Shown here one piece after another: positions 1 to 11,910 of a stretch of 64,000 bases of DNA. The stretch covers positions 23,250,001 to 23,314,000 of the forward strand of contig OZ024757.1 in assembly GCA_964016885.1 (NCBI GenBank), in the 5' to 3' direction. The notes beneath the pieces were generated by a model. That model searched no databases, was not told the origin of the DNA, and saw only the letters and a program-made list of their open reading frames with translations. Origin of the DNA: Eledone cirrhosa. Its lineage: Eukaryota. The translations under genes were made by a program, and so were the position numbers. The first letter of the stretch is position 1. Each line of letters starts with the position of its first letter.

Positions 1-514
1 GGTGAGAAAGAATGGTGAGGTATGAGTATACGTTTTATCTGAAACAGCAACAAGGGAGAAGGTGTCTTTAAGTTATCAGAGAAGAGCCTAGCATAGTTGT
101 ATTTCTGGATCAATGTTGGGTTTTTGAAGAGAAGACAGAAGAAATGGGATGGTTTGAAAAATATGAGGAATGAGTATGGGTTTTATTGGAGATAAACAGC
201 AGCTAGGGAGAAGTTATCAGGGCAGGATCTGACATTGTTGCATTTCTGAATCAGCCTTGAGGTTTTAGAGATAGTTTCAGAGACAAGGAAAAAATAGAAT
301 GGCAAGAAAGAATGGTAAGAGTATATATTTCTATGTAAGAGGAACAGGAGCAAGGTAGAAGTCATCTTTAAGTTAACAGAGAAGGATCTGGCATGGTTGT
401 CCTCTTGGGTCAGTGTTGAGGTTCTTAAGAAAGTGAAGAAGGAAGAGATATTATGATGAAAAAGAATGGTGAGATGGTGACGTATGAGGTATGAGTATAT
501 ATTTCCACGTGAGA

Positions 515-800
515 GGGATTGTGAGTTCAATTCTCAGACCGGGTGATGTGTTGTTTCCTTGAGCAAGACACTTTATTTTACATTGCTCCAGTTTACTCAG
601 CTGTAGAAATGAGATGATAGGGACTGGGGTCCCTATCATTCCACTGCAAAGTGGTCGTGGAGGTGCCACGGCAAAAAAGCACCCAGCACTCACTGTAAAT
701 GAGGTTGGTTAGGAAGGGCATCCAGCTGTAGAAATCAAGCCAGAATTAGTTCCCGCCCCACCCTTGCAAGCAGGGAGAAGCGGACATAAAATGAAATGAG
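515..800 (+). mobile_element. SINE family A, 5'-truncated copy
   Basis: B-box gagttcaattc, CORE-like ccttgagcaagacactt and 3' tail cccttgcaagcaggg...aaatgaaatga; colinear with full copies at 56779 and 57390. Confidence 0.9.
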
Positions 801-1159
801 GGATGTGAGAGATGTGAGTATATATTTCTATGTAAAGGAGAAGTTATGAGAGAAGAATCTGACATCAAATTTCACCCCCAACACCCTTAGAAAAACAAGT
901 GCACATTGGACAAACTACATAGTCCCAGATATACAAAAATGCAAGATGGTCATCACTGGAAATGGCCTCATTCATTAGTCAGTTTGACCAGAGCTAATCA
1001 AGACAGGGTATTGCCAAATGATTAAGAAGTTATCTTTGTAATGATCAGGTCCCAGGTTCGATCCAACTGCATGGCATCTTGGGTAAATGTTATTTACCAT
1101 AACTTTAGGCTAACATATGTCTTGTGACAGAAATTGGGTTTAGTATAATTCACTTGTCA

Positions 1160-1605
1160 TCTCAGTTGCTACCTATGCCAGTGAAGTGGGGAAGATGACA
1201 GCAGGAGCTGCCCATAAACTAGATGTAGTCCACCAGAGGTGCCTCCAAAAATTTCTTAACATCTCTTGGCCAGACAAAATAACCAATGAAGAAATCTATG
1301 GAAGAACCAAACAGAAACCACTAAGCATCTCAGTGAAAGATCGTTGTCTGAGATTTCTTGGACATGTCTTTAGAAGGCCATCAACAAGACATATAAGGCT
1401 CTCCTTTGACTGGAAGCCAGAAGGTGGAAAAAGGAAATGCGGTTGCCCATTAACAAAATGGAAGAGGATAACAGTCTTGAAGGATCTAGATGTGGAAGAG
1501 CTGAGCTGGGAGGATGCCATATCTCTTGCAGAAGACCACAGAAGATGGAGATCTTTTGTTGCTGCCCAATGTTTTACATGGAATGGGAGGACCTAATTAA
1601 CTATT
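1160..1605 (+). pseudogene. 3' fragment of an RTE-clade non-LTR retrotransposon ORF
   Basis: Translation HQRCLQKFLNISWPDKITNEE...LRFLGHVFR...GGKRKCGCP..KW...RRWRSFV matches the RTE post-RT C-terminal pattern. Confidence 0.85.
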
Positions 1606-1606
1606 A

Positions 1607-2465
1607 GGGCAGTGGATTGGCAGAATCAGTAGAGCATCGGAAACATGCTTTGTGGCATAGTGTTCCAACCCTGTAGGTTCTGATTTCAAATCCTAACAAG
1701 GTTAGCTTAGCATTTCATCCTTACGGGGGTCAATAAAATAAAGTACCACTAATGCACTGAGGTCCATTTAACCTTTAGTGTGTTAATAATTTTTATGAAT
1801 TGTTTCTCTTGACATTGCATTATTTATTAAGGGGAGATCAGTCTATGGTGCATTATATTGCCATTAGCGTGCTAAGGGTTAATCAACTTTCCCCTCCCCA
1901 AAATTGTTGGCCTTGTGCCTAAATAAGAAACCATTATCATCCCATTGAAGTTAACTTTGCCTTTCATCCTTATGGGGCTAATAAAATAAAGTACCAGTAA
2001 TGTACTGGGTCAATTTAATTGACTTTTCTCTCCCCCAAATGTTGTTGCCTTGTGCTTAGATCAGAAACCATTAATATTGTGGATTGGCAGAATCGGTAGA
2101 GCGTTGGACAACATGCTTAGTGGTACAGAGTTATGGCCCTTTACGTTCTGAGTTCAAATCCTGCTGAGGTTAGCTCAGCTTTATCATCCTTACAGGGTCA
2201 ATAAAATAAAGTACCAGTACCATTTAATCGACTTTCCCCTCCCCCTAAATGACTGGCCTTGTGCTTTAATCAGAAACCATCTGGCAGTATCGGTAGAGGG
2301 TCGGACGCCATGCTTTGACGCATAGAGTTACGGCCCTTTCCAATATGAGTTCAAATCCCGCCGAGGTTAACTTTGCCTTTCATCCTTACGGGGGTCGATA
2401 AAATAAAGTACCAGTAATGCACTGGGGTAATTGCTGGCCTTGTGCCAAAGGTAGAAACAATTATT
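1607..2465 (+). mobile_element. Cluster of 4 full or partial SINE family B copies
   Basis: Repeated gtggattggcag..cggtagag, gagttcaaatcc, ctttgcctttcatccttacggggtcgataaaataaagtaccag and tail gccttgtgcc..agaaac. Confidence 0.9.
1772..1878. mobile_element. 107-bp piggyBac-like MITE inserted in a SINE B copy
   Basis: TTAA duplicated at 1768-1771 and 1879-1882; ends cctttagtgtgttaat / attagcgtgctaaggg are imperfect TIRs; the SINE consensus resumes on both sides. Confidence 0.7.
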
Positions 2466-3014
2466 ATTTTTTCCTATCTTATTTATTTCTTTTATTGATG
2501 CAGTTTTGTTTTTTTTATGTGTTTCTACAAATATTTTTATTTTTATTTTTATTTTTTTTTGTTTTTCTTGCTCTGTTGGTTGCCTGTGTCTCCCTCAAGA
2601 AGAGAATATATTTAGGACTAAGTCTTAATGTTTGTTTGTTTGGTTTTTGTTGGAGTGGAGTGGGGTGGGGTGGGGTGGGTGGATGGGTGGGTGGTTGGCG
2701 TTCAGGGTATTTATGCATATTCTTTGAAGCATGTTCCATTTACAGAGCATACTCTGTACTCTTATGGTGGTGTCATCAAAGCTTATTGCACTTAAAATGT
2801 GTCCCTTACATCAATAAAAATATTTGGGAACCCCCCCCCACCTTTGGGCCACAAAAACTCCACCTCCTCATCTCCCTCCCCCTTGCTATGGTCATGTGCT
2901 TGCTTTCATATCAATAACAACTTTAGGGAAGGGAGAGGGAATGAGAAGGGGCTGGGGGGTGTTGGAATACTTTCACTGACAACTGTTAGAAAAGGTCATC
3001 CATGTGACTGTACC

Positions 3015-4010
3015 TGTGTGTGTGTGTGTGTGTGTGTATACGTGTGTGTGTGTGTATGTGTGTGTGTGAATATGTATATGTGTGTGTGAATATGTGTGTG
3101 TGTGTATGTGTGTGTGTGTGTGTGAATATGTGTGTGTGTGGATGCGTGTGAATACGTGTGTGTGTGAATATGTGTGTGTGTGTTTGTGTGTGAATACGTG
3201 TGTGTGTGTGTGGATGCGTGTGAATACGTGTGTGAATATGTGTGTGTATGTGTGTGTGTGTATGTGTGTGAATATGTGTGTGTGTGTGTGTATGTGTGTA
3301 TGTGAATATGTGTGTGAATGTATATGTGTGTGAATGTATATGTGTGTGTGTGTGCGTTTATGTGTGTGAATATTTGTGTGTGTGTACGTGTGTGAATGTG
3401 TGCGTGCATGTGAATATGTGGGTGTGTGTGTGTGTGTGTGAATATATGTGTGTGTGCGTTTTAGTGTGAATATTTGTGAGTGTAAAAGTATGTGGGTGTA
3501 TGTATGTGTGTGTGTGTGTGTGTGTGAATATGTGTATATGTGAGTGGGTATGTGTGTGTGTGTGCATTTATGCGTGTGAATATTTGTGTGTGTACGAGTG
3601 TGAATGTGTGTGTGTGTGAATGTATATGTGTGTGTGCGTTTATGTGTGTGAATATTTGTGTGTATGTAAAAAAGTATGTGGGTGTACGTGTATGAATGTG
3701 TGTGTATGTGTGTGTGAATATATGTGTGTGTGTGTGTGTATGTGTGTGAATGTATGTGTGTGTGCATTTATGTGTGTGAATATTTGTGCGTGTACGTGTG
3801 TGAATGTGTGTGAATATGTGTGTGTGTGTATGTGTGTGAATGTATGTGTGTGTGCATTTATGTGTGTGAATATTTGTGCGTGTACGTGTGTGAATGTGTG
3901 TGAATATGTGTGTGTGTGTATGTGTGTGAATGTATGTGTGTGTGCATTTATGTGTGTGAATAGTTGTGTGTGTACGTGTGTGAATGTGTGTGTGAATATG
4001 TGTGTGTATA
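3015..4010. repeat. (TG)n-based compound microsatellite/minisatellite
   Basis: tgtgtgaatatgtg variants throughout. Confidence 0.95.
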
Positions 4011-4182
4011 TTGGTAATATGCAAGGTACATACTACCAAGTCCTACTTAATTCTGAGTGCTGGCTGTAGTATCAGAGTGACTCAGGAAATGAGTGACACA
4101 ATGTAACTATGACAACGTGCTACTCAGTGATGGATGACTTTAACTCCTGTCATAGCTATATTTCTTATGTATCTTTATTAAT

Positions 4183-4848
4183 TAATGAAGAATTTGAGAG
4201 TGGTGGGTTGACAGGATCGGTAGAGCGTCGGCCGCCATGCTTTGTAGCATAGAGTTCGCCCCTTTCCAATATGAGTTCAAGGTTAACTTTGTTTTTCATC
4301 CTTACGGGGTCGATAAAATAAAGTACCAGTAATACACTGGGTAATTGCTGGCCTTGTGCCAAAGGTGGAAACAATTATTTTATGAAGAATTTGAGGGTGG
4401 TCGATTGGCAGTATTAGTAGAGGGTCGGACGCCATGCTTTGCAGCATAGAGTTACAGCCCTTTATGATCTGAGTTCAAATCCCACCAAGGTTAACTTTGC
4501 CTTTCATCCTTATGGGGTCGATAAAATATAGTACCAGTCACGCACTGGAGTCGATTTAATCGACTGCCCCCTCCCTCAAAATTGCTGGCCTTGCGCCTAT
4601 ATAAGAAACCATTAATTAATGAAGAATTTAGGGTGGTAGAATGGACAGCATGCTTTGTAGTATATAGTTACGTCCCTTTACGTTCTGAGTTCAAATCCTG
4701 TTTAGGTTAGCTTTGCCTGTCTTCCTTACACGGTTGATAAAATAAAGTTCCAGTAATGTACTGAGGTTGATTTAATCAACTTTCCCCAACTCCAAAATTG
4801 CTGGCCCTGTTCCTAAATCAGAAAACATTTATTAATGAAGAATTTGGA
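4183..4848 (+). mobile_element. Three tandem SINE B copies separated by a repeated target sequence
   Basis: atgaagaatt(t)g occurs before, between and after the three copies (~4185, 4382, 4619, 4835). Confidence 0.85.
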
Positions 4849-4867
4849 GGGATTTAATAAAAGATTC

Positions 4868-5200
4868 CGTTGACAACAAAAGGTTTATCTCTCTAGTACT
4901 GAAAGGCCAGCTGTATGATGCCTACATCGAAAATACAGTGCTGCATGGAAGTGAAACATGGACAGTAAATGCTGAGGTGATGTGGAGGCTGGAGAGAAAT
5001 GAAGTGAGCATGATTTGATGTATGTGTAATGTGCAGGAATGGGGAAGTATAGACAAGTTGGGAGACGAACTGAGTATAAGAAGAAACAGATGTGTGCAAG
5101 AGAGGACTGTGTTGGTAAGACAATGTGATCTTTAAGTGAAGAATTGCCAGAAACTCCCAGTGGAAAGAAGCTATAGGAGAAGAAGTAGTGACAGAGAAGG
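4868..5200 (+). pseudogene. Degenerate RTE LINE fragment, same family as 46181-46608
   Basis: Reads LKGQLYDAYIENTVLHGSETWTVNAEVMWRLERNEVSMI*CMCNV with stops. Confidence 0.75.
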
Positions 5201-5244
5201 AACATATTTTGAAAGGAAGAGGAAAGTCGATTAACCCTTTAATA

Positions 5245-6990
5245 TTTACATTACTCTATATTTACTATTATATTTTCATGGTAAAGGTTTTACCTCACAT
5301 AATATCTCACATAACATTCACATTACTCTATATATACTATTGAATTTTGATGGTAAAGGCTTTACCTCACATAAGTATCTCACATAACATTCACATTACT
5401 CTATATATACTATTATATTTTCATGGTAAAGGCTTTACCTCACATAATATCTCACATAACATTCACATTACTCTATATATACTATTATATTTTCATGGTA
5501 AAGGCTTTACATCACATAATTATCTCACATAACATTCACATTACTCTATAAATACTATTATATTTTCATAGTAAAGGCTTTACCTCACATAATATCTCAC
5601 ATAACATTTACATTACTCTATATATACTATTATATTTTCATAGTAAAAGCTTTACCTAACATAATATCTCACATAACATTCACATTACTCTATATATACT
5701 ATTATTTACCTCACATAATATCTCACATAACATTTACATTACTCTATATATACTATCATATGTTCATGGTAAAGGCTTTACCTCACATAATATCTCACAT
5801 AACATTCACATTACTCTATATATACTATTATATTTTCATGGTAAAGGCTTTACCTCACATAATATCTCACATAACATTCACATTACTCTATATATACTAT
5901 TATATTTTCATAGTAAAGGCTTTACCTCACATAATATCTCACATAACATTCACATTACTCTATATATACTATTATATTTACATGGTAAAGGCTTTACCTC
6001 ACATAATATCTCACATAACATTCACATTACTCTATATATACTATTATTTACCTCACATAATATCTCACATAACATTTACATTACTCTATATATACTATCA
6101 TATGTTCATGGTAAAGGCTTTACCTCACATAATATCTCACATAACATTCACATTACTCTATATATACTATTATATTTTCATGGTAAAGGCTTTACCTCAC
6201 ATAATATCTCACATAACATTCACATTACTCTATATATACTATTATATTTTCATAGTAAAGGCTTTACCTCACATAATATCTCACATAACATTCACATTAC
6301 TCTATATATACTATTATATTTACATGGTAAAGGCTTTACCTCACATAATATCTCACATAACATTCACATTACTCTATATATACTATTATATTTTCATGGT
6401 AAAGGCTTTACCTCACATAATATCTCACATAACATTCACATTACTCTATAAATACTATTATATTTTCATAATAAAGGCTTTACCTCACATAATATCTCAC
6501 ATAAATTTACATTACTCTATATATACTATTATATTTACATGGTAAAGGCTTTACCTCACATAATATCTCACATAACATTCACATTACTCTATATATACTA
6601 TTATATTTTCATGGTAAAGGCTTTACCTCACATATCTCACATAACATTCACATTACTCTATAAATACTATTATATTTTCATAATAAGGGCTTTACCTCAC
6701 ATAATATCTCACATAACATTTACATTACTCTATATATACTATTATATTTTCATGGTAAAGGCTTTACCTCACATAACATTTACATTACTCTATATATACT
6801 ATTATATTTTCATGGTAAAGGCTTTACCTCACATAATTATCTCACATAACATTCACATTACTCTATATATACTATTATATTTTCATGGTAAAGGCTTTAC
6901 CTCACATATCTCACATAACATTCACATTACTCTATATATACTATTATATTTTCATGGTAAAGGCTTTACCTCACATAAATATCTCACATA
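5245..6990. repeat. 72-bp minisatellite, about 24 units
   Basis: Unit cacataacattcacattactctatatatactattatattttcatggtaaaggctttacctcacataatatct; 24-aa period in the ORF track. Confidence 0.95.
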
Positions 6991-7051
6991 ATATCGAATC
7001 TATGAAATTTTGATATTATTTATTTTGAGAACAATACCTTAACATTAGTAT

Positions 7052-7552
7052 CAAAAGCTGCTATGGCCAAATGGGGCTACAAGACCGGGACCCAACCATC
7101 TGCGAATGCGGAGAAGAGAGGAGGACCACACTATGCAGCACTGCCTAGTTTGCCCTCAACTACCCAACCAGTGCAGCTTAAAAGATCTCGCAGAATTTAA
7201 TAATAATGCAAAGGACTGTGTAAAGAAATGGGAAACTGTCATATGACCACATGCTTCGAAGATATGGAAAGAAGAAGAAGAAAAAGAAAAAGAAGAAAAA
7301 GAAAAAGAAGAAAAAGAAAAAGAAGAAAAAGAAGAAAAAAAAGAAAAAGAAGAAAAAGAAGAAGAAGAAGAAGAAGAAGGCAAAGAAGAAGGCAAAGAAG
7401 AAGAAGAAGAAGAAGAAGAAGAAGAAGAAGAAGAAGAAGAAGGCAAAGAAGAAGAAGAAGAAGAAGAAGAAGAAGAAGAAGAAGAAGAAAAAAAAAGAAA
7501 AAGAAGAAAAAGAAGAAAAAGAAAAAGAAAAAGAAAAAGAAGAAGAAGAAGT
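7052..7552 (+). mobile_element. 3' end of a Vingi/Ingi-like LINE with an expanded (GAA)n tail
   Basis: With frameshifts reads MAKWGY..TICECG..HTMQHCLVCPQLP..CSLKDL..W (CCHC motif), then stop, short UTR and ~290 bp of GAA/GAAAAA. Confidence 0.65.
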
Positions 7553-7633
7553 ATCAGTGGCCAGTTATGGCCGGTTTGAACAGAAAGAGTTGAGAGAATC
7601 TGGCCACATATAGCTGGTTTAAATGCTAAAGGG

Positions 7634-7792
7634 TAAAAATTGACTCCAGTGCATTACTGGTACTTTATTTTATCAGACTTGTAAGGATGAAATGCAAAGT
7701 TAACCTCAGCAGGATTTGAATTCGAAGCATAAAGGGCTGTAACTCTATGCTGCAAAGCATGTTATCCAACACTATTGATAATGCCAATCCAA
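7634..7792 (-). mobile_element. SINE B 5' part
   Basis: Reverse complement of the SINE B head and central box. Confidence 0.85.
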
Positions 7793-8113
7793 TGACCTGG
7801 TGTGTAGGAAAATATTAGCATTATATTCAGGAATGGTGTTCCTGCCAATCACCAGGACTGTATGGCTACTGCCTTCTCCAAGCTCTCTCTGAAACAGCAG
7901 GTGTTTTGAGACTGTCTTGACAATGATATAATAGGGAGAATGGATTGTAGAAAAAAAACATTCATTGTATAATGGAGGCACATGGCTTAGTGGTTAGAGC
8001 AGTATGCGGATATTACCTTCCAGAGTTCTACCACTATATATATATATATATATAAAATATTAAACAAATAATGAATAAACAATGAGACAGTTCCTTATAT
8101 TAAACAAAAAAAG

Positions 8114-8267
8114 TTCATTATTTAACGATCGTTTCTAGGATATATATGTGTTAGAATTGGCATGCATATTCAACAGATCTATGTACAAAATTATACAAAA
8201 TTATACAAACTATCAAGATTAAATATACATACCAACACATATATACGCCGTCTTCAGAAATAATGAA
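8114..8267 (-). ncRNA. Type I hammerhead ribozyme with very long stem II, in a (TA)n-flanked insertion at 8053-8437
   Basis: Minus strand: ttcattattt CTGAAGA [~115-nt hairpin] GAAA C gatc GTT aaataatgaa; 10-bp stem I. Confidence 0.75.
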
Positions 8268-8457
8268 GTATATTTATTGATAATAACAACAATTCAAAAT
8301 TTCAGGTCCGTTTGGGAACAAAATTGACCAATGAAAACACAAAGGGTTAAATGCAGTTCGGTGTGTGTATATACATGTAAAACCCTTACACATATTTTAC
8401 AAAAATGTATGTATAATTTGTATACGCATAACTAAATATATATATATATATATATAT

Positions 8458-8692
8458 CATCATCATCCCCGTTTTACGTCCGTTCTTCCACGCTAGCATG
8501 GGTTAGACGGGTTGTCCTGTTGTGTGCAGTGTCTGGTCGGCTGACCATGCCTTGCTCATACAGGAACTGATCTGGCTTGATTTCTACAGCTGGATGCCCT
8601 TCCTAACACCAACCTCATTTACAGTGAGTGCTGGGTGCTTTTTTTCCGTGGCGCCTACACGTCCACTTTACAGTGTGGGCTGGGTGCTTTTT
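8458..8692 (-). mobile_element. SINE A-related 3' fragment with (ATG)n tail
   Basis: catcatc..ttttacgtccg tail and ctggcttgatttctacagctggatgcccttcctaacaccaacc body. Confidence 0.8.
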
Positions 8693-8744
8693 TTTTATTT
8701 ATATATATATTATATATATATATATTATATATATTATATATATA

Positions 8745-8793
<49 letters not shown>

Positions 8794-8935
8794 TATATAT
8801 ATAATATATATATATAATATATATAGTTTCCATTTATTTAATATCGTAAATATACTCCAAATACTTGTTGAGTGCTTTTATATCAGTTATAAATATTTAC
8901 TTGTTGTTAACCCAACAATTTAAATAAAACTTTGC

Positions 8936-8987
<52 letters not shown>

Positions 8988-9137
8988 ATAATATATATAT
9001 ATATATATTATATATAAATATAATATATATATATATATATTATATATAAATATAATATATATATATATATATTATATATAAATATATATATATATATATT
9101 ATATATAAATATATATATATATATATATAAATATATA

Positions 9138-9179
<42 letters not shown>

Positions 9180-9870
9180 GTAGAACACTAGTGGGTTATA
9201 TCCATAGTAGTAGAGCATTCAGTCCATAGGTCGAGCTTGGTAGAAGTAGTTCCACAACAGTTAGCTCACCATTACCGAGAACAATTGTTTCACATTATTC
9301 AGATCATCAGCTCGGTTTAAATGAGATTGTACGGAAAAAAAACCCATTGTACGAATACACGTGTGCAGAAACAGTCACTTCCTAAAGGGGAGTAACCCAC
9401 ATTAGGTCAGTGAAAGGAGACGACTGTTATTCAGTATTCATGTTAGTCAGTCTGGAGCTTTTTAATTATGTAATAGGTGTTTCCAGATGTGTGGACAATG
9501 CAAAAAAACACATTCCCTGAATTTAGTCAAGCGCTATTATGTTACCTTCTCAGGATATTGATTCCTTCTTCAATGCTCAGCCCACATGTTGGATTCCTGT
9601 TTCCATATGGCTTAGACTTAGTAATGACTTTCCATTGAATGGAGTAATCAATGTCTGCATCCTTGAGGGACCATAAGTGGTTGGCAAGCTTCACGGACGA
9701 TCGTTTATCCAGATATCTGAAAGTCAACAGATGATTCCGGAAGCGTTCTTTAAACCGGCCATCCGCCATACCTACATAGGTACAATCTCATTTAAACCGA
9801 GCTGATGATCTGAATAAGGTGAAACAATTGTTCTTGGAAATGGTGAACTAACTGTTGTGGAACTACTTTT
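9180..9870 (-). mobile_element. 5'-truncated Penelope-like element (GIY-YIG endonuclease C-terminus) with inverted pseudo-LTR
   Basis: TYVGMADGRFKERFRNH...LANHLWSLKD..YSIQWKVI....PY......CGL.IEE at 9542-9780; 9245-9332 and 9780-9868 are inverted copies; (TA)n on both flanks. Confidence 0.9.
9274..9316 (-). ncRNA. Minimal type I hammerhead ribozyme in the PLE pseudo-LTR (inverted copy at 9797-9838 +)
   Basis: accgag CTGATGA tctgaataatgt GAAA C aatt GTT ctcggt; palindromic stem-loop III. Confidence 0.8.
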
Positions 9871-9905
9871 CACTGCAGTGTTTTCTTTCCATTTCTATAC
9901 CTTTC

Positions 9906-9935
<30 letters not shown>

Positions 9936-9945
<10 letters not shown>

Positions 9946-10258
9946 AGAACAAAAGATGGTTAAAAGAGTTCCATGTATTTTATTAATCGCATTTCAAAAA
10001 CAAATATCATCATGCAATAATATTTGTGTTTTCATCAGATAAAACAGGAGGACATGATATGAAGGTTAAAAAACACTTGTGGATAGTTCAGTTGATTTAA
10101 AACTGAACTATCCACAAGTGTTTTTTAACCTTCATATCATGTCCTCCTGTTTTATCTGATGAAAACACAAATATTATTGCATGATGATATTTGTTTTTGA
10201 AATGCGATTAATAAAATACATGGAACTCTTTTAACCATCTTTTGTTCTTATATATTAT
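9936..10258. repeat. Perfect 158-bp-arm palindrome, each arm with a hammerhead-like core; followed by a unique tail to ~10425
   Basis: Arms 9936-10093 and 10101-10258, loop gatttaa; + arm 10148-10218 ttttat CTGATGA-hairpin-GAAA tgcgatta ataaaa. Confidence 0.9.
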
Positions 10259-10539
10259 GTATACTCCAGTCCTACAAACTGTAGAGTGCTTCTTATCCGA
10301 TATCTGCATTGCTTTATTGTACTACAATAAAACTCACCTCCTACATTCTTTCCATGATATCCGGAATACATTGAGTTCTTCATACGGATTGGACACTACC
10401 GTAAACTCTTGGTAGATTTATCTACATATATATATATATATTTACACACACAAATATACTGCCACATTTTTTCCATTATTTTTGTTCTTCAGCTCTGTTG
10501 GTGATGAAAATAATGAGACTGCAATGTATATATATATAC

Positions 10540-10577
<38 letters not shown>

Positions 10578-10621
10578 GTGTGTATATATATACATATATA
10601 TATACACACATATATATATAT

Positions 10622-10681
<60 letters not shown>

Positions 10682-11049
10682 TTGGGGTGCTGCAAAGGAC
10701 CCAGCCAACACATGCAAGCATAGAAAAAACAGACATGATGATGATGATGATGATATATATATATATATATACATATATATAATTTAGATATAGAAATAGA
10801 GTGGGGAAGGTGGAGAGGGAGATTGTGTTTAGATTAACACCTCTTCATAAAGAAAGACTTAGTTGAAAAGAGTTTTGTCTAAAGGGAAGGCTTAGATAGA
10901 GGACTGTTAAATGGAGTGAGGGGGAGGCTAGGTAGGTATGGCAACATACATAGTTAAGTAAAGAAGTAGAGCAAAATGTAAAGAAACACTAAGTAATTAT
11001 TTTATAAGAGTTGTGCTTGCCAATAAACAAGTTTGAGATGATCAAGTGA

Positions 11050-11910
11050 CTGGTGGTGGTGGTGGTGGTGGTGGTGGTGGTGGTGTTGGTGGTGGTCGTG
11101 GTGGTGTTGGTGGTGGTGGTCGTGGTGGTGGTGGTGTTGGTGGTGGTGGTGTTGGTGGTCGTGGTGGTGTTGGTAGAGGTCGTGGTGGTGTTGGTGGAGA
11201 TCGTGGTGGTGGTGGTGGTGGTGGTGTTGGTGGTGGAGGTGGTGGTGGTGGTCGTGGTGGTGGTGGTTCTGGAAGTGGTGTTAGGGGTGGAGGTGATGGT
11301 GCTAGCAGTGGTAGTATTGGTGATGGTGGCTGTGGTGGTGGTGGTGAGGTGGTTGTAGTGGTGGTGCTGGAAGTAGTATTAGAGGTAGAGGTGATGGTGC
11401 TAGCAGTGGTGGTATTGGTGATGGTGGCTGTGGTGGTGGTGGTGTGGTGGTTGTAGTGGTGGTGCTGGAAGTAGTATTAGAGGTAGGGGTGATGGTACCA
11501 GCAGTGGTGGTATTGGTGATGGTGGCTGTGGTGGTGGTGGTGAGGTGGTTGTAGTGGTGGTGCTGGAAGTAGTATTAGAGGTAGAGGTGATGGTGCTAGC
11601 AGTGGTGGTATTGGTGATGGTGGCTGTGGTGGTGGTGGTGAGGTGGTTGTAGTGGTGGTGCTGGAAATAGTATTAAAGGTAGGGGTGATGGTGCTAGCAG
11701 TGGTAGTATTGGTGATAGTGGCTGTGGTGGTGGTGGTTTGGTGGTTGTAGTGGTGGTGCTGGAAGTAGTATTAGAGGTAGAGGTGATGGTGCTAGCAGTG
11801 GTGGTATTGGTGATGGTGGCTGTGGTGGTGGTGGTGAGGTGGTTGTAGTGGTGGTGCTGGAAGTAGTATTAAAGGTAGGGGTGATGGTGCTAGCAGTGGT
11901 GGTATTGGTA
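11050..11910. repeat. (GGT)n tract followed by a ~99-bp GGT-rich minisatellite, about 6 units
   Basis: gctggaagtagtatta recurs about every 99 bp. Confidence 0.9.

Larger units (their letters stand above)
5235..7633. mobile_element. piggyBac-like non-autonomous element with nested minisatellite and LINE fragment
   Basis: ttaa|ccctttaatattt ... aaatgctaaaggg|taaa; splits a minus-strand SINE B (agtcga at 5225, attgactccagtgcattactggtac from ~7639). Confidence 0.7.

Noticed and set aside
2973-4069. His/Thr and Cys/Val ORFs here and at 12916-14500, 29700-30612, 37074-39320, 59603-60394
   Set aside because: Dinucleotide microsatellite translations
7156-7613. Lys/Arg-rich protamine-like ORFs
   Set aside because: Translations of a (GAA)n LINE tail
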